Below are positions 41,021-55,070 of a stretch of DNA of 64,000 nucleotides, in pieces. The position numbers and the translations under genes were made by a program. How positions within the stretch are numbered: the first letter of the stretch is position 1; every line of letters starts with the position of its first letter. Below the pieces are notes generated by a model. The model ran no database searches. It saw nothing but the letters and a program-made list of their open reading frames with translations, and was not told where the DNA came from. The DNA is from Eledone cirrhosa (taxonomy: Eukaryota), in contig OZ024757.1 of assembly GCA_964016885.1 (NCBI GenBank), positions 186,001-250,000 of the forward strand. Reading direction: 5' to 3'.

Positions 41021-44000
41021 GTAGTGACATTGGGGTGGAGACAATAGCTACTAGGGTGAGATAGTGGCATTGGGTTGAAGACAATAGCTACTAGGGTGAG
41101 ATAGTGACATTGGGGTGAAGACAGTAGCTACTAGGGTGAAGACAATAGCTACTAGGGTGAGGTAGTGACATTGGGGTGGAGACAATAGCTACTAGGGTGA
41201 GATAGTGACATTGGGGTGAAGGCAATAGCTACTAGGGTGAGATAGTGACAGTGGGTTGAAGACAATAGCTACTAGGGTGAGATAGTGACATTGGGGTGAA
41301 GACAGTAGCTACTAGGCTGAGATAGTGACATTGGGGTGAAGACAGTAGCTACTAGGGTAAGATAGTTACATATGGGTGAAGACAGTAGCTACTTGGGTGA
41401 GATAGGGACATTGTGTGACAACAGTAGCTACTTGGGTGAGATAGTGACATTAGGGTCAATACAGTAGCTACTAGGGTGAGATAGTTACATTGGGGTGAAG
41501 AGAGTAGCTACTAGGGTGGGATAGTGACATTGGGGTGAAGACAATAGCTACTAGGGTGAGATAGTGAACTTAGGGTGAAGACAGTAGCTACTAGCGTGAG
41601 ATAGTGACATTGGGGTGAAGACAGCAACTACTAGGGTGAGATAGTGACATTGGGGTAAAAACAATAGCTACTAGGGTGAGATAGTGACATTGGGTTGACG
41701 ACAATAGCTACTAGGGTGAGATAGTGACGTTGGGTGAAGAAAAATGCTACTATGGTGCGATAGTGACATTGGGGTGAAAACAATAGCTACTTGGGTGAGA
41801 TAGTGACATTGGGATGAAGACAGTAGCTACTAGGGTCAGATAGTGACATTGGAGTGGAGACAGAAGCTACTAAGGTGAGATAGTGACATTGAGGTGAAGA
41901 CAATAGCTACTAGGGTGAGATAGTGACATTGGAGTGAAACAGAAGCTACTAAGGTGAGATAGTGATATTGGGGTGAAGACAATAGCTACTAGGGTGCGAT
42001 AGTGACATTGGGGTGAAGACAATAGCTACTAGGGTGAGGTAGTGACATTGGGGTGGAGACAATAGCTACTAGGGTGAGATAGTGACATTGGGGTGAAGAC
42101 AATAGCTACTAGGGTGAGATAGTGACATTGGAGTGAAACAGAAGCTACTAAGGTGAGATAGTGATATTGGGGTGAAGACAATAGCTACTAGGGTGCGATA
42201 GTGACATTGGGGTGAAGACAATAGCTACTAGGGTGAGATAGTGACATTGGGGTGAAGACAATAGCTACTAGGTTGAGGTAGTGACATTGGGGTAGAGACA
42301 ATAGCTACTAGGGTGAGATAGTGACATTGGGGTGAAGACAATAGCTACTAGGGTGTGATAGTGACATTGGGGTGAAGACAATAGCTACTAGGGTGAGATA
42401 GTGACATTGGGGTGAAGACAGTAGCTACTAGGGTGAGATAGTGACATTGGGGCGAAGACAATAGCTACTAGGGTGAGGTAGTGACATTGGGGTGGAGACA
42501 ATAGCTACTAGGGTGAGATAGTGACATTAGGGTGAAGACAATAGCTACTAGGGTGAGATAGTGACATTGGGGTGAAGACAATAGCTACTAGGGTGAGATA
42601 GTGACATTGGGGTGAAGACAGTAGCTACTAGGGTGAAGACAATAGCAACTAGGGTGAGGTAGTGACATTGGGGTGGAGACAATAGCTACTAGGGTGAGAT
42701 AGTGACATTGGGGTGAAGACAATAGCTACTAGGGTGTGATAGTGACAGTGGGTTGAAGACAATAGCTACTAGGGTGAGATAGTGACATTGGGGTGAAGAC
42801 AGTAGCTACTAGGCTGAGATAGTGACATTGGGGTGAAGACAGTAGCTACTAGGGTAAGATAGTTACATATGGGTGAAGACAGTAGCTACTTGGGTGAGAT
42901 AGGGACATTGTGTGACAACAGTAGCTACTTGGGTGAGATAGTGACATTAGGGTCAATACAGTAGCTACTAGGGTGAGATAGTTACATTGGGGTGAAGACA
43001 GTAGCTACTAGGGTGGGATAGTGACATTGGGGTGAAGACAATAGCTACTAGGGTGAGATAGTGAACTTAGGGTGAAGACAGTAGCTACTAGGGTGAGATA
43101 GTGACATTGGGGTGAAGACAGTAACTACTAGGGTGAGATAGTGACATTGGGGTAAAAACAATAGCTACTAGGGTGAGATAGTGACATTGGGGTGAAGACA
43201 GTAGCTACTAAGGTGAGATAGTGACATTGGGGTGAAAACAATAGCTACTAGGGTGAGATAGTGACATTGGGTTGACGACAATAGCTACTAGGGTGAGATA
43301 GTGACGTTGGGTAAAGACAAATGCTACTATGGTGCGATAGTGACATTGGGGTGAAAACAATAGCTACTTGGGTGAGATAGTGACATTGGGATGAAGACAG
43401 TAGCTACTAGGGTCAGATAGTGACATTGGAGTGGAGACAGAAGCTACTAAGGTGAGATAGTGACATTGAGGTGAAGACAATAGCTACTAGGGTGAGATAG
43501 TGACATTGGAGTGAAACAGAAGCTACTAAGGTGAGATAGTGATATTGGGGTGAAGACAATAGCTACTAGGGTGCGATAGTGACATTGGGGTGAAGACAAT
43601 AGCTACTAGGGTGAGGTAGTGACATTGGGGTGGAGACAATAGCTACTAGGGTGAGATAGTGACATTGGGGTGAAGACAATAGCTACTAGGGTGAGATAGT
43701 GACATTGGAGTGAAACAGAAGCTACTAAGGTGAGATAGTGATATTGGGGTGAAGACAATAGCTACTAGGGTGAGATAGTGAACTTAGGGTGAAGACAGTA
43801 GCTACTAGGGTGAGATAGTGACATTGGGGTGAAGACAGTAACTACTAGGGTGAGATAGTGACATTGGGGTAAAAACAATAGCTACTAGGGTGAGATAGTG
43901 ACATTGGGGTGAAGACAGTAGCTACTAAGGTGAGATAGTGACATTGGGGTGAAAACAATAGCTACTAGGGTGAGATAGTGACATTGGGTTGACGACAATA

Positions 44001-47000
44001 GCTACTAGGGTGAGATAGTGACGTTGGGTAAAGACAAATGCTACTATGGTGCGATAGTGACGTTGGGGTGAAAACAATAGCTACTTGGGTGAGATAGTGA
44101 CATTGGGGTGAAGACAGTAGCTACTAGGGTCAGATAGTGACATTGGAGTGGAGACAGAAGCTACTAAGGTGAGATAGTGACATTGAGGTGAAGACAATAG
44201 CTACTAGGGTGAGATAGTGACATTGGAGTGAAACAGAAGCTACTAAGGTGAGATAGTGATATTGGGGTGAAGACAATAGCTACTAGGGTGCGATAGTGAC
44301 ATTGGGGTGAAGACAATAGCTACTAGGGTGAGGTAGTGACATTGGGGTGGAGACAATAGCTACTAGGGTGAGATAGTGACATTGGGGTGAAGACAATAGC
44401 TACTAGGGTGAGATAGTGACATTGGAGTGAAACAGAAGCTACTAAGGTGAGATAGTGATATTGGGGTGAAGACAATAGCTACTAGGGTGCGATAGTGACA
44501 TTGGGGTGAAGACAATAGCTACTAGGGTGAGATAGTGACATTGGGGTGAAGACAACAGCTACTAGGTTGAGGTAGTGACATTGGGGTAGAGACAATAGCT
44601 ACTAGGGTGAGATAGTGACATTGGGGTGAAGACAATAGCTACTAGGGTGAGATAGTGACATTGGGGTGAAGACAATAGCTACTAGGGTGAGATAGTGACA
44701 TTGGGGTGAAGACAGTAGCTACTAGGGTGAGATAGTGACATTGGGGCGAAGACAATAGCTACTAGGGTGAGGTAGTGACATTGGGGTGGAGACAATAGCT
44801 ACTAGGGTGAGATAGTGACATTAGGGTGAAGACAATAGCTACTAGGGTGAGATAGTGACATTGGGGTGAAGACAATAGCTACTAGGGTGAGATAGTGACA
44901 TTGGGGTGAAGACAGTAGCTACTAGGGTGAAGACAATAGCAACTAGGGTGAGGTAGTGACATTGGGGTGGAGACAATAGCTACTAGGGTGAGATAGTGAC
45001 ATTGGGGTGAAGACAATAGCTACTAGGGTGTGATAGTGACAGTGGGTTGAAGACAATAGCTACTAGGGTGAGATAGTGACATTGGGGTGAAGACAGTAGC
45101 TACTAGGCTGAGATAGTGACATTGGGGTGAAGACAGTAGCTACTAGGGTAAGATAGTTACATATGGGTGAAGACAGTAGCTACTTGGGTGAGATAGGGAC
45201 ATTGTGTGACAACAGTAGCTACTTGGGTGAGATAGTGACATTAGGGTCAATACAGTAGCTACTAGGGTGAGATAGTTACATTGGGGTGAAGACAGTAGCT
45301 ACTAGGGTGGGATAGTGACATTGGGGTGAAGACAATAGCTACTAGGGTGAGATAGTGAACTTAGGGTGAAGACAGTAGCTACTAGGGTGAGATAGTGACA
45401 TTGGGGTGAAGACAGTAACTACTAGGGTGAGATAGTGACATTGGGGTAAAAACAATAGCTACTAGGGTGAGATAGTGACATTGGGGTGAAGACAGTAGCT
45501 ACTAAGGTGAGATAGTGACATTGGGGTGAAAACAATAGCTACTAGGGTGAGATAGTGACATTGGGTTGACGACAATAGCTACTAGGGTGAGATAGTGACG
45601 TTGGGTAAAGACAAATGCTACTATGGTGCGATAGTGACATTGGGGTGAAAACAATAGCTACTTGGGTGAGATAGTGACATTGGGATGAAGACAATAGCTA
45701 CTAGGGTGAGATGGTGACATTGGGGTGGAGACAATAGCTACTAGGGTGAGATGGTGACATTGGGGTGAAGACAATAGCTACTAGGGTGAGATAGTGATAT
45801 TGGGGTGAAGACAATAGCTACAAGGGTGAGATAGTGACATTGGGGTGAAGTCAATAGCTACTAGGGTGAGATAGAGACATTGGGGTGAAGACAATAGCTA
45901 CTAGGGTGAGATAGTGACATTGGGGTGAAAATAGCTACGAGGGTGCGATAGTGACATTGGGGTGAAGACAATAGATACTAGGGTGAGATAGTGACATTGG
46001 GGTGAAGACAGTAGCTACTAGGGTGAGATAGTGACATTGTAGTGGAGACAGAAGCTACTAAGGTGAGATAGTGACATTGGGGTGAAGACAATAGCTACTA
46101 GGGTGAGCTAGTGACATTGGGGTGAAGACAGAAGCTACTAAGGTGAGATAGTGACATTGGGGTGAAAACAATAGCTACTAGGGTGAGATAGTGACATTGG
46201 GTTGACGACAATAGCTACTAGGGTGAGATAGTGACATTGGAGTGAAGACGAATGCTACAATGGTGCGATAGTGACATTAGGGTGAAAACAATAGCTACTA
46301 GGGTGAGATAGTGACATTGGGATGAAGACAGTAGCTACTAGGGTGAGATAGTGACATTGGAGTGGAGACAGAAGCTACTAAGGTGAGATAGTGATATTGC
46401 GGTGAAGACAATAGCTACTAGGGTGAGGTAGTGACATTGGGGTGAAGACAGTAGCTACTAGGGTGAGATAGTGACATTGGGGTGAAGACAGAAGCTACTA
46501 AGGTGAGATAGTGATATTGGGGTGAAGACAATAGCTACTAGGTTGAGGTAGTGACATTGGGGTGAAGACAGTAGCTACTAGGGTGAGGTAGTGACAATGG
46601 GGTGGAGACAATAGCTACTAGGGTGAGATAGTGACATTGGGGTGAAGACAATAGCTACTAGGGTGAGATAGTGACATTGGGGTGAAGACAATAGCTACTA
46701 GGTTGAAGTAGTGACATTGGGGTGGAGACAATAGCTACTAGGGTGAGATAGTGACATTGGGGTGAAGACAATACCTACTAGGGGAAGATAGTTACATATG
46801 GGTGAAGACAGTAGCTACTAGGGTGAGATAGGGACATTGGAGTGGAGACAGAAGCTACTAAGGTGAGATAGTGATATTGGGGGTGAAGACAATAGCTACT
46901 AGGGTGAGATAGTGACATTGGGGTGAAGACAGAAGCTACTAAGGTGAGATAGTGATATTGGGGTGAAGACAATAGCTATTAGGGTGCGATAGTGACATTG

Positions 47001-50000
47001 GGGTAAAGACAGTAGCTACTAGGGTGAGATAGTGACATTGGGGTGGAGAGAGTAGCTACTAGGGTGAGATAGTGACATTGGGGTGAAGATAGTAGCTACT
47101 AGGGTGAGATAGGGACATTAGGTTGAGGTAGTGACATTGGGGTGGAGACAATAGCTACTAGGGTGAGATAGTGACATTGGGGTGAAGACAGTAACTACTA
47201 GGGTGAGATAGTGACATTGGGGTGAAAACAATAGCTACTTGGGTGAGATAGTGACATTGGGATGAAGACAGTAGCTACTAGGGTCAGATAGTGACATTGG
47301 AGTGGAGACAGAAGCTACTAAGGTGAGATAGTGACATTGAGGTGAAGACAATAGCTACTAGGGTGAGATAGTGACATTGGGGTGAAGACAGAAGCTACTA
47401 AGGTGAGATAGTGATATTGGGGTGAAGACAATAGCTACTAGGGTGCGATAGTGACATTGGGGTGAAGACAATAGCTACTAGGGTGAGATAGTGACATTGG
47501 GGTGAAGACAATAGCTACTAGGGTGAGATAGTGACATTGGGGTGAAGACAGTAGCTACTAGGGTGAGATAGTGACATTGGGGTGAAGACAATAGCTACTA
47601 GGGTAAGATAGTGACATTGGGGTGAAGACAGTAGCTACTAGGGTGAGATAGTGACATTGGGGCGAAGACAATAGCTACTAGGGTGAGGTAGTGACATTGG
47701 GGTGGAGACAATAGCTACTAGGGTGAGATAGTGACATTAGGGTGAACACAATAGCTACTAGGGTGAGATAGTGACATTGGGGTGAAGACAATAGCTACTA
47801 GGGTGAGATAGTGACATTGGGGTGAAGACAGTAGCTACTAGGGTGAAGACAATAGCTACTAGGGTGAGATAGTGACATTGGGGTGAAGACAATAGCTACT
47901 AGGGTGAGATAGTGACATTGGGGTGAAGACAATAGCTACTAGGGTGAGATAGTGACATTGGGATGAAGACAGTAGCTACTAGGGTGAGATAGTGACATTG
48001 GAGTGGAGACAGAAGCTACTAAGGTGAGATAGTGATATTGGGGTGAAGACAATAGCTACTAGGGTGAGGTAGTGACATTGGGGTGAAGACAGTAGCTACT
48101 AGGGTGAGATAGTGACATTGGGGTGAAGACAGAAGCTACTAAGGTGAGATAGTGATATTGGGGTGAAGACAATAGCTACTAGGTTGAGGTAGTGACATTG
48201 GGGTGAAGACAGTAGCTACTAGGGTGAGATAGTGACATTGGGGTGAAGACAATAGCTACTAGGGTGAGGTAGTGACATTGGGGTGGAGACAATAGCTACT
48301 AGGGTGAGATAGTGACATTGGGGTGAAGACAATAGCTACTAGGGTGAGATAGTGACATTGGGGTGAAGACAATAGCTACTAGGTTGAGGTAGTGACATTG
48401 GGGTGGAGACAATAGCTACTAGGGTGAGATAGTGACATTGGGGTGAAGACAATACCTACTAGGGGAAGATAGTTACATATGGGTGAAGACAGTAGCTACT
48501 AGGGTGAGATAGGGACATTGGAGTGGAGACAGAAGCTACTAAGGTGAGATAGTGATATTGGGGTGAAGACAATAGCTACTAGGGTGAGATAGTGACATTG
48601 GGGTGAAGACAGAAGCTACTAAGGTGAGATAGCGATATTGGGGTGAAGACAATAGCTATTAGGGTGCGATAGTGACATTGGGGTAAAGACAGTAGCTACT
48701 AGGGTGAGATAGTGACATTGGGGTGGAGAGAGTAGCTACTAGGGTGAGATAGTGACATTGGGGTGAAGATAGTAGCTACTAGGGTGAGATAGGGACATTA
48801 GGTTGAGGTAGTGACATTGGGGTGGAGACAATAGCTACTAGGGTGAGATAGTGACATTGGGATGAAGACAGTAGCTACTAGGGTGAGATAGTGACATTGG
48901 AGTGGAGACAGAAGCTACTAAGGTGAGATAGTGATATTGGGGTGAAGACAATAGCTACTAGGGTGAGGTAGTGACATTGGGGTGAAGACAGTAGCTACTA
49001 GGGTGAGATAGTGACATTGGGGTGAAGACAGAAGCTACTAAGGTGAGATAGTGATATTGGGATGAAGACAATAGCTACTAGGTTGAGGTAGTGACATTGG
49101 GGTGAAGACAGTAGCTACTAGGGTGAGATAGTGACATTGGGGTGAAGACAATAGCTACTAGGGTGAGGTAGTGACATTGGGGTGGAGACAATAGCTACTA
49201 TGGTGAGATAGTGACATTGGGGTGAAGACAATAGCTACTAGGGTGAGATAGTGACATTGGGGTGAAGACAATAGCTACTAGGTTGAGGTAGTGACATTGG
49301 GGTGGAGACAATAGCTACTAGGGTGAGATAGTGACATTGGGGTGACGACAATAGCTACTAGGGTGAGGTAGTGACATTGGGGTGGAGACAATAGCTACTA
49401 GGGTGAGATAGTGACATTGGGGTGAAGACAATAGCTACTAGGGTGAGATAGTGGCATTGGGTTGAAGACAATAGCTACTAGGGTGAGATAGTGACATTGG
49501 GGTGAAGACAGTAGCTACTAGGGTGAAGACAATAGCTACTAGGGTGAGGTAGTGACATTGGGGTGGAGACAATAGCTACTAGGGTGAGATAGTGACATTG
49601 GGGTGAAGACAATAGCTACTAGGGTGAGATAGTGACAGTGGGTTGAAGACAATAGCTACTAGGGTGAGATAGTGACATTGGGGTGAAGACAGTAGCTACT
49701 AGGCTGAGATAGTGACATTGGGGTGAAGACAGTAGCTACTAGGGTAAGATAGTTACATATGGGTGAAGACAGTAGCTACTTGGGTGAGATAGGGACATTG
49801 TGTGACAACAGTAGCTACTTGGGTGAGATAGTGACATTAGGGTCAATACAGTAGCTACTAGGGTGAGATAGTTACATTGGGGTGAAGAGAGTAGCTACTA
49901 GGGTGGGATAGTGACATTGGGGTGAAGACAGTAGCTACTAGGGTGAGATAGTGAACTTAGGGTGAAGACAGTAGCTACTAGCGTGAGATAGTGACATTGG

Positions 50001-53000
50001 GGTGAAGACAGCAACTACTAGGGTGAGATAGTGACATTGGGGTAAAAACAATAGCTACTAGGGTGAGATAGTGACATTGGGTTGACGACAATAGCTACTA
50101 GGGTGAGATAGTGACGTTGGGTGAAGACAAATGCTACTATGGTGCGATAGTGACATTGGGGTGAAAACAATAGCTACTTGGGTGAGATAGTGACATTGGG
50201 ATGAAGACAGTAGCTACTAGGGTCAGATAGTGACATTGGAGTGGAGACAGAAGCTACTAAGGTGAGATAGTGACATTGAGGTGAAGACAATAGCTACTAG
50301 GGTGAGATAGTGACATTGGAGTGAAACAGAAGCTACTAAGGTGAGATAGTGATATTGGGGTGAAGACAATAGCTACTAGGGTGCGATAGTGACATTGGGG
50401 TGAAGACAATAGCTACTAGGGTGAGGTAGTGACATTGGGGTGGAGACAATAGCTACTAGGGTGAGATAGTGACATTGGGGTGAAGACAATAGCTACTAGG
50501 GTGAGATAGTGACATTGGAGTGAAACAGAAGCTACTAAGGTGAGATAGTGATATTGGGGTGAAGACAATAGCTACTAGGGTGCGATAGTGACATTGGGGT
50601 GAAGACAATAGCTACTAGGGTGAGATAGTGACATTGGGGTGAAGACAATAGCTACTAGGTTGAGGTAGTGACATTGGGGTAGAGACAATAGCTACTAGGG
50701 TGAGATAGTGACATTGGGGTGAAGACAATAGCTACTAGGGTGAGATAGTGACATTGGGGTGAAGACAATAGCTACTAGGGTGAGATAGTGACATTGGGGT
50801 GAAGACAGTAGCTACTAGGGTGAGATAGTGACATTGGGGCGAAGACAATAGCTACTAGGGTGAGGTAGTGACATTGGGGTGGAGACAATAGCTACTAGGG
50901 TGAGATAGTGACATTAGGGTGAAGACAATAGCTACTAGGGTGAGATAGTGACATTGGGGTGAAGACAATAGCTACTAGGGTGAGATAGTGACATTGGGGT
51001 GAAGACAGTAGCTACTAGGGTGAAGACAATAGCAACTAGGGTGAGGTAGTGACATTGGGGTGGAGACAATAGCTACTAGGGTGAGATAGTGACATTGGGG
51101 TGAAGACAATAGCTACTAGGGTGTGATAGTGACAGTGGGTTGAAGACAATAGCTACTAGGGTGAGATAGTGACATTGGGGTGAAGACAGTAGCTACTAGG
51201 CTGAGATAGTGACATTGGGGTGAAGACAGTAGCTACTAGGGTAAGATAGTTACATATGGGTGAAGACAGTAGCTACTTGGGTGAGATAGGGACATTGTGT
51301 GACAACAGTAGCTACTTGGGTGAGATAGTGACATTAGGGTCAATACAGTAGCTACTAGGGTGAGATAGTTACATTGGGGTGAAGACAGTAGCTACTAGGG
51401 TGGGATAGTGACATTGGGGTGAAGACAATAGCTACTAGGGTGAGATAGTGAACTTAGGGTGAAGACAGTAGCTACTAGGGTGAGATAGTGACATTGGGGT
51501 GAAGACAGTAACTACTAGGGTGAGATAGTGACATTGGGGTAAAAACAATAGCTACTAGGGTGAGATAGTGACATTGGGGTGAAGACAGTAGCTACTAAGG
51601 TGAGATAGTGACATTGGGGTGAAAACAATAGCTACTAGGGTGAGATAGTGACATTGGGTTGACGACAATAGCTACTAGGGTGAGATAGTGACGTTGGGTA
51701 AAGACAAATGCTACTATGGTGCGATAGTGACATTGGGGTGAAAACAATAGCTACTTGGGTGAGATAGTGACATTGGGATGAAGACAATAGCTACTAGGGT
51801 GAGATGGTGACATTGGGGTGGAGACAATAGCTACTAGGGTGAGATGGTGACATTGGGGTGAAGACAATAGCTACTAGGGTGAGATAGTGATATTGGGGTG
51901 AAGACAATAGCTACAAGGGTGAGATAGTGACATTGGGGTGAAGTCAATAGCTACTAGGGTGAGATAGAGACATTGGGGTGAAGACAATAGCTACTAGGGT
52001 GAGATAGTGACATTGGGGTGAAAATAGCTACGAGGGTGCGATAGTGACATTGGGGTGAAGACAATAGATACTAGGGTGAGATAGTGACATTGGGGTGAAG
52101 ACAGTAGCTACTAGGGTGAGATAGTGACATTGTAGTGGAGACAGAAGCTACTAAGGTGAGATAGTGACATTGGGGTGAAGACAATAGCTACTAGGGTGAG
52201 CTAGTGACATTGGGGTGAAGACAGAAGCTACTAAGGTGAGATAGTGACATTGGGGTGAAAACAATAGCTACTAGGGTGAGATAGTGACATTGGGTTGACG
52301 ACAATAGCTACTAGGGTGAGATAGTGACATTGGAGTGAAGACGAATGCTACAATGGTGCGATAGTGACATTAGGGTGAAAACAATAGCTACTAGGGTGAG
52401 ATAGTGACATTGGGATGAAGACAGTAGCTACTAGGGTGAGATAGTGACATTGGAGTGGAGACAGAAGCTACTAAGGTGAGATAGTGATATTGCGGTGAAG
52501 ACAATAGCTACTAGGGTGAGGTAGTGACATTGGGGTGAAGACAGTAGCTACTAGGGTGAGATAGTGACATTGGGGTGAAGACAGAAGCTACTAAGGTGAG
52601 ATAGTGATATTGGGGTGAAGACAATAGCTACTAGGTTGAGGTAGTGACATTGGGGTGAAGACAGTAGCTACTAGGGTGAGGTAGTGACAATGGGGTGGAG
52701 ACAATAGCTACTAGGGTGAGATAGTGACATTGGGGTGAAGACAATAGCTACTAGGGTGAGATAGTGACATTGGGGTGAAGACAATAGCTACTAGGTTGAG
52801 GTAGTGACATTGGGGTGGAGACAATAGCTACTAGGGTGAGATAGTGACATTGGGGTGAAGACAATACCTACTAGGGGAAGATAGTTACATATGGGTGAAG
52901 ACAGTAGCTACTAGGGTGAGATAGGGACATTGGAGTGGAGACAGAAGCTACTAAGGTGAGATAGTGATATTGGGGGTGAAGACAATAGCTACTAGGGTGA

Positions 53001-55070
53001 GATAGTGACATTGGGGTGAAGACAGAAGCTACTAAGGTGAGATAGTGATATTGGGGTGAAGACAATAGCTATTAGGGTGCGATAGTGACATTGGGGTAAA
53101 GACAGTAGCTACTAGGGTGAGATAGTGACATTGGGGTGGAGAGAGTAGCTACTAGGGTGAGATAGTGACATTGGGGTGAAGATAGTAGCTACTAGGGTGA
53201 GATAGGGACATTAGGTTGAGGTAGTGACATTGGGGTGGAGACAATAGCTACTAGGGTGAGATAGTGACATTGGGGTGAAGACAGTAACTACTAGGGTGAG
53301 ATAGTGACATTGGGGTAAAAACAATAGCTACTAGGGTGAGATAGTGACATTGGGTTGACGACAATAGCTACTAGGGTGAGATAGTGACGTTGGGTGAAGA
53401 CAAATGCTACTATGGTGCGATAGTGACATTGGGGTGAAAACAATAGCTACTTGGGTGAGATAGTGACATTGGGATGAAGACAGTAGCTACTAGGGTCAGA
53501 TAGTGACATTGGAGTGGAGACAGAAGCTACTAAGGTGAGATAGTGACATTGAGGTGAAGACAATAGCTACTAGGGTGAGATAGTGACATTGGGGTGAAGA
53601 CAGAAGCTACTAAGGTGAGATAGTGATATTGGGGTGAAGACAATAGCTACTAGGGTGCGATAGTGACATTGGGGTGAAGACAATAGCTACTAGGGTGAGA
53701 TAGTGACATTGGGGTGAAGACAATAGCTACTAGGGTGAGATAGTGACATTGGGGTGAAGACAGTAGCTACTAGGGTGAGATAGTGACATTGGGGTGAAGA
53801 CAATAGCTACTAGGGTAAGATAGTGACATTGGGGTGAAGACAGTAGCTACTAGGGTGAGATAGTGACATTGGGGCGAAGACAATAGCTACTAGGGTGAGG
53901 TAGTGACATTGGGGTGGAGACAATAGCTACTAGGGTGAGATAGTGACATTAGGGTGAAGACAATAGCTACTAGGGTGAGATAGTGACATTGGGGTGAAGA
54001 CAATAGCTACTAGGGTGAGATAGTGACATTGGGGTGAAGACAGTAGCTACTAGGGTGAAGACAATAGCTACTAGGGTGAGATAGTGACATTGGGGTGAAG
54101 ACAATAGCTACTAGGGTGAGATAGTGACATTGGGGTGAAGACAATAGCTACTAGGGTGAGATAGTGACATTGGGATGAAGACAGTAGCTACTAGGGTGAG
54201 ATAGTGACATTGGAGTGGAGACAGAAGCTACTAAGGTGAGATAGTGATATTGGGGTGAAGACAATAGCTACTAGGGTGAGGTAGTGACATTGGGGTGAAG
54301 ACAGTAGCTACTAGGGTGAGATAGTGACATTGGGGTGAAGACAGAAGCTACTAAGGTGAGATAGTGATATTGGGGTGAAGACAATAGCTACTAGGTTGAG
54401 GTAGTGACATTGGGGTGAAGACAGTAGCTACTAGGGTGAGATAGTGACATTGGGGTGAAGACAATAGCTACTAGGGTGAGGTAGTGACATTGGGGTGGAG
54501 ACAATAGCTACTAGGGTGAGATAGTGACATTGGGGTGAAGACAATAGCTACTAGGGTGAGATAGTGACATTGGGGTGAAGACAATAGCTACTAGGTTGAG
54601 GTAGTGACATTGGGGTGGAGACAATAGCTACTAGGGTGAGATAGTGACATTGGGGTGAAGACAATACCTACTAGGGGAAGATAGTTACATATGGGTGAAG
54701 ACAGTAGCTACTAGGGTGAGATAGGGACATTGGAGTGGAGACAGAAGCTACTAAGGTGAGATAGTGATATTGGGGTGAAGACAATAGCTACTAGGGTGAG
54801 ATAGTGACATTGGGGTGAAGACAGAAGCTACTAAGGTGAGATAGTGATATTGGGGTGAAGACAATAGCTATTAGGGTGCGATAGTGACATTGGGGTAAAG
54901 ACAGTAGCTACTAGGGTGAGATAGTGACATTGGGGTGGAGAGAGTAGCTACTAGGGTGAGATAGTGACATTGGGGTGAAGATAGTAGCTACTAGGGTGAG
55001 ATAGGGACATTAGGTTGAGGTAGTGACATTGGGGTGGAGACAATAGCTACTAGGGTGAGATAGTGACATT
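40490..55070. repeat. Tandem duplication of a ~6.2-kb block whose first copy is expanded to ~8.4 kb by ~2.3 kb of internal duplication
   Basis: ATAGTGGCAT at 41061/49448 and GCGTGAG at 41594/49981 (offset 8387); AATAGCAACT at 42641, 44935 and 51028 (offsets 2294 and 6093); identical ORFs at 46778/52871 (6093). Confidence 0.85.

Noticed and set aside
46876-46885. Single-base G-run length changes (GGG or GGGGG in place of GGGG) as a signal or as sequencing error
   Set aside because: These are ordinary homopolymer slippage. Several are faithfully copied in duplicated blocks (near 46879/52972 and 20391/25167), so they are probably real but unremarkable.
1527-53065. Eight minus-strand ORFs of 60-64 aa (motifs HPNVTISP, SHPSSYCLHP, QCHYLTLVAIV)
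   Set aside because: They are the repeat read through its three cycling frames. The minus-strand unit has stops (TAGTAG) in only one frame, so an indel or substitution easily extends an ORF past 60 codons. Identical pairs simply mark the segmental duplications. There is no unique domain and no gene context.
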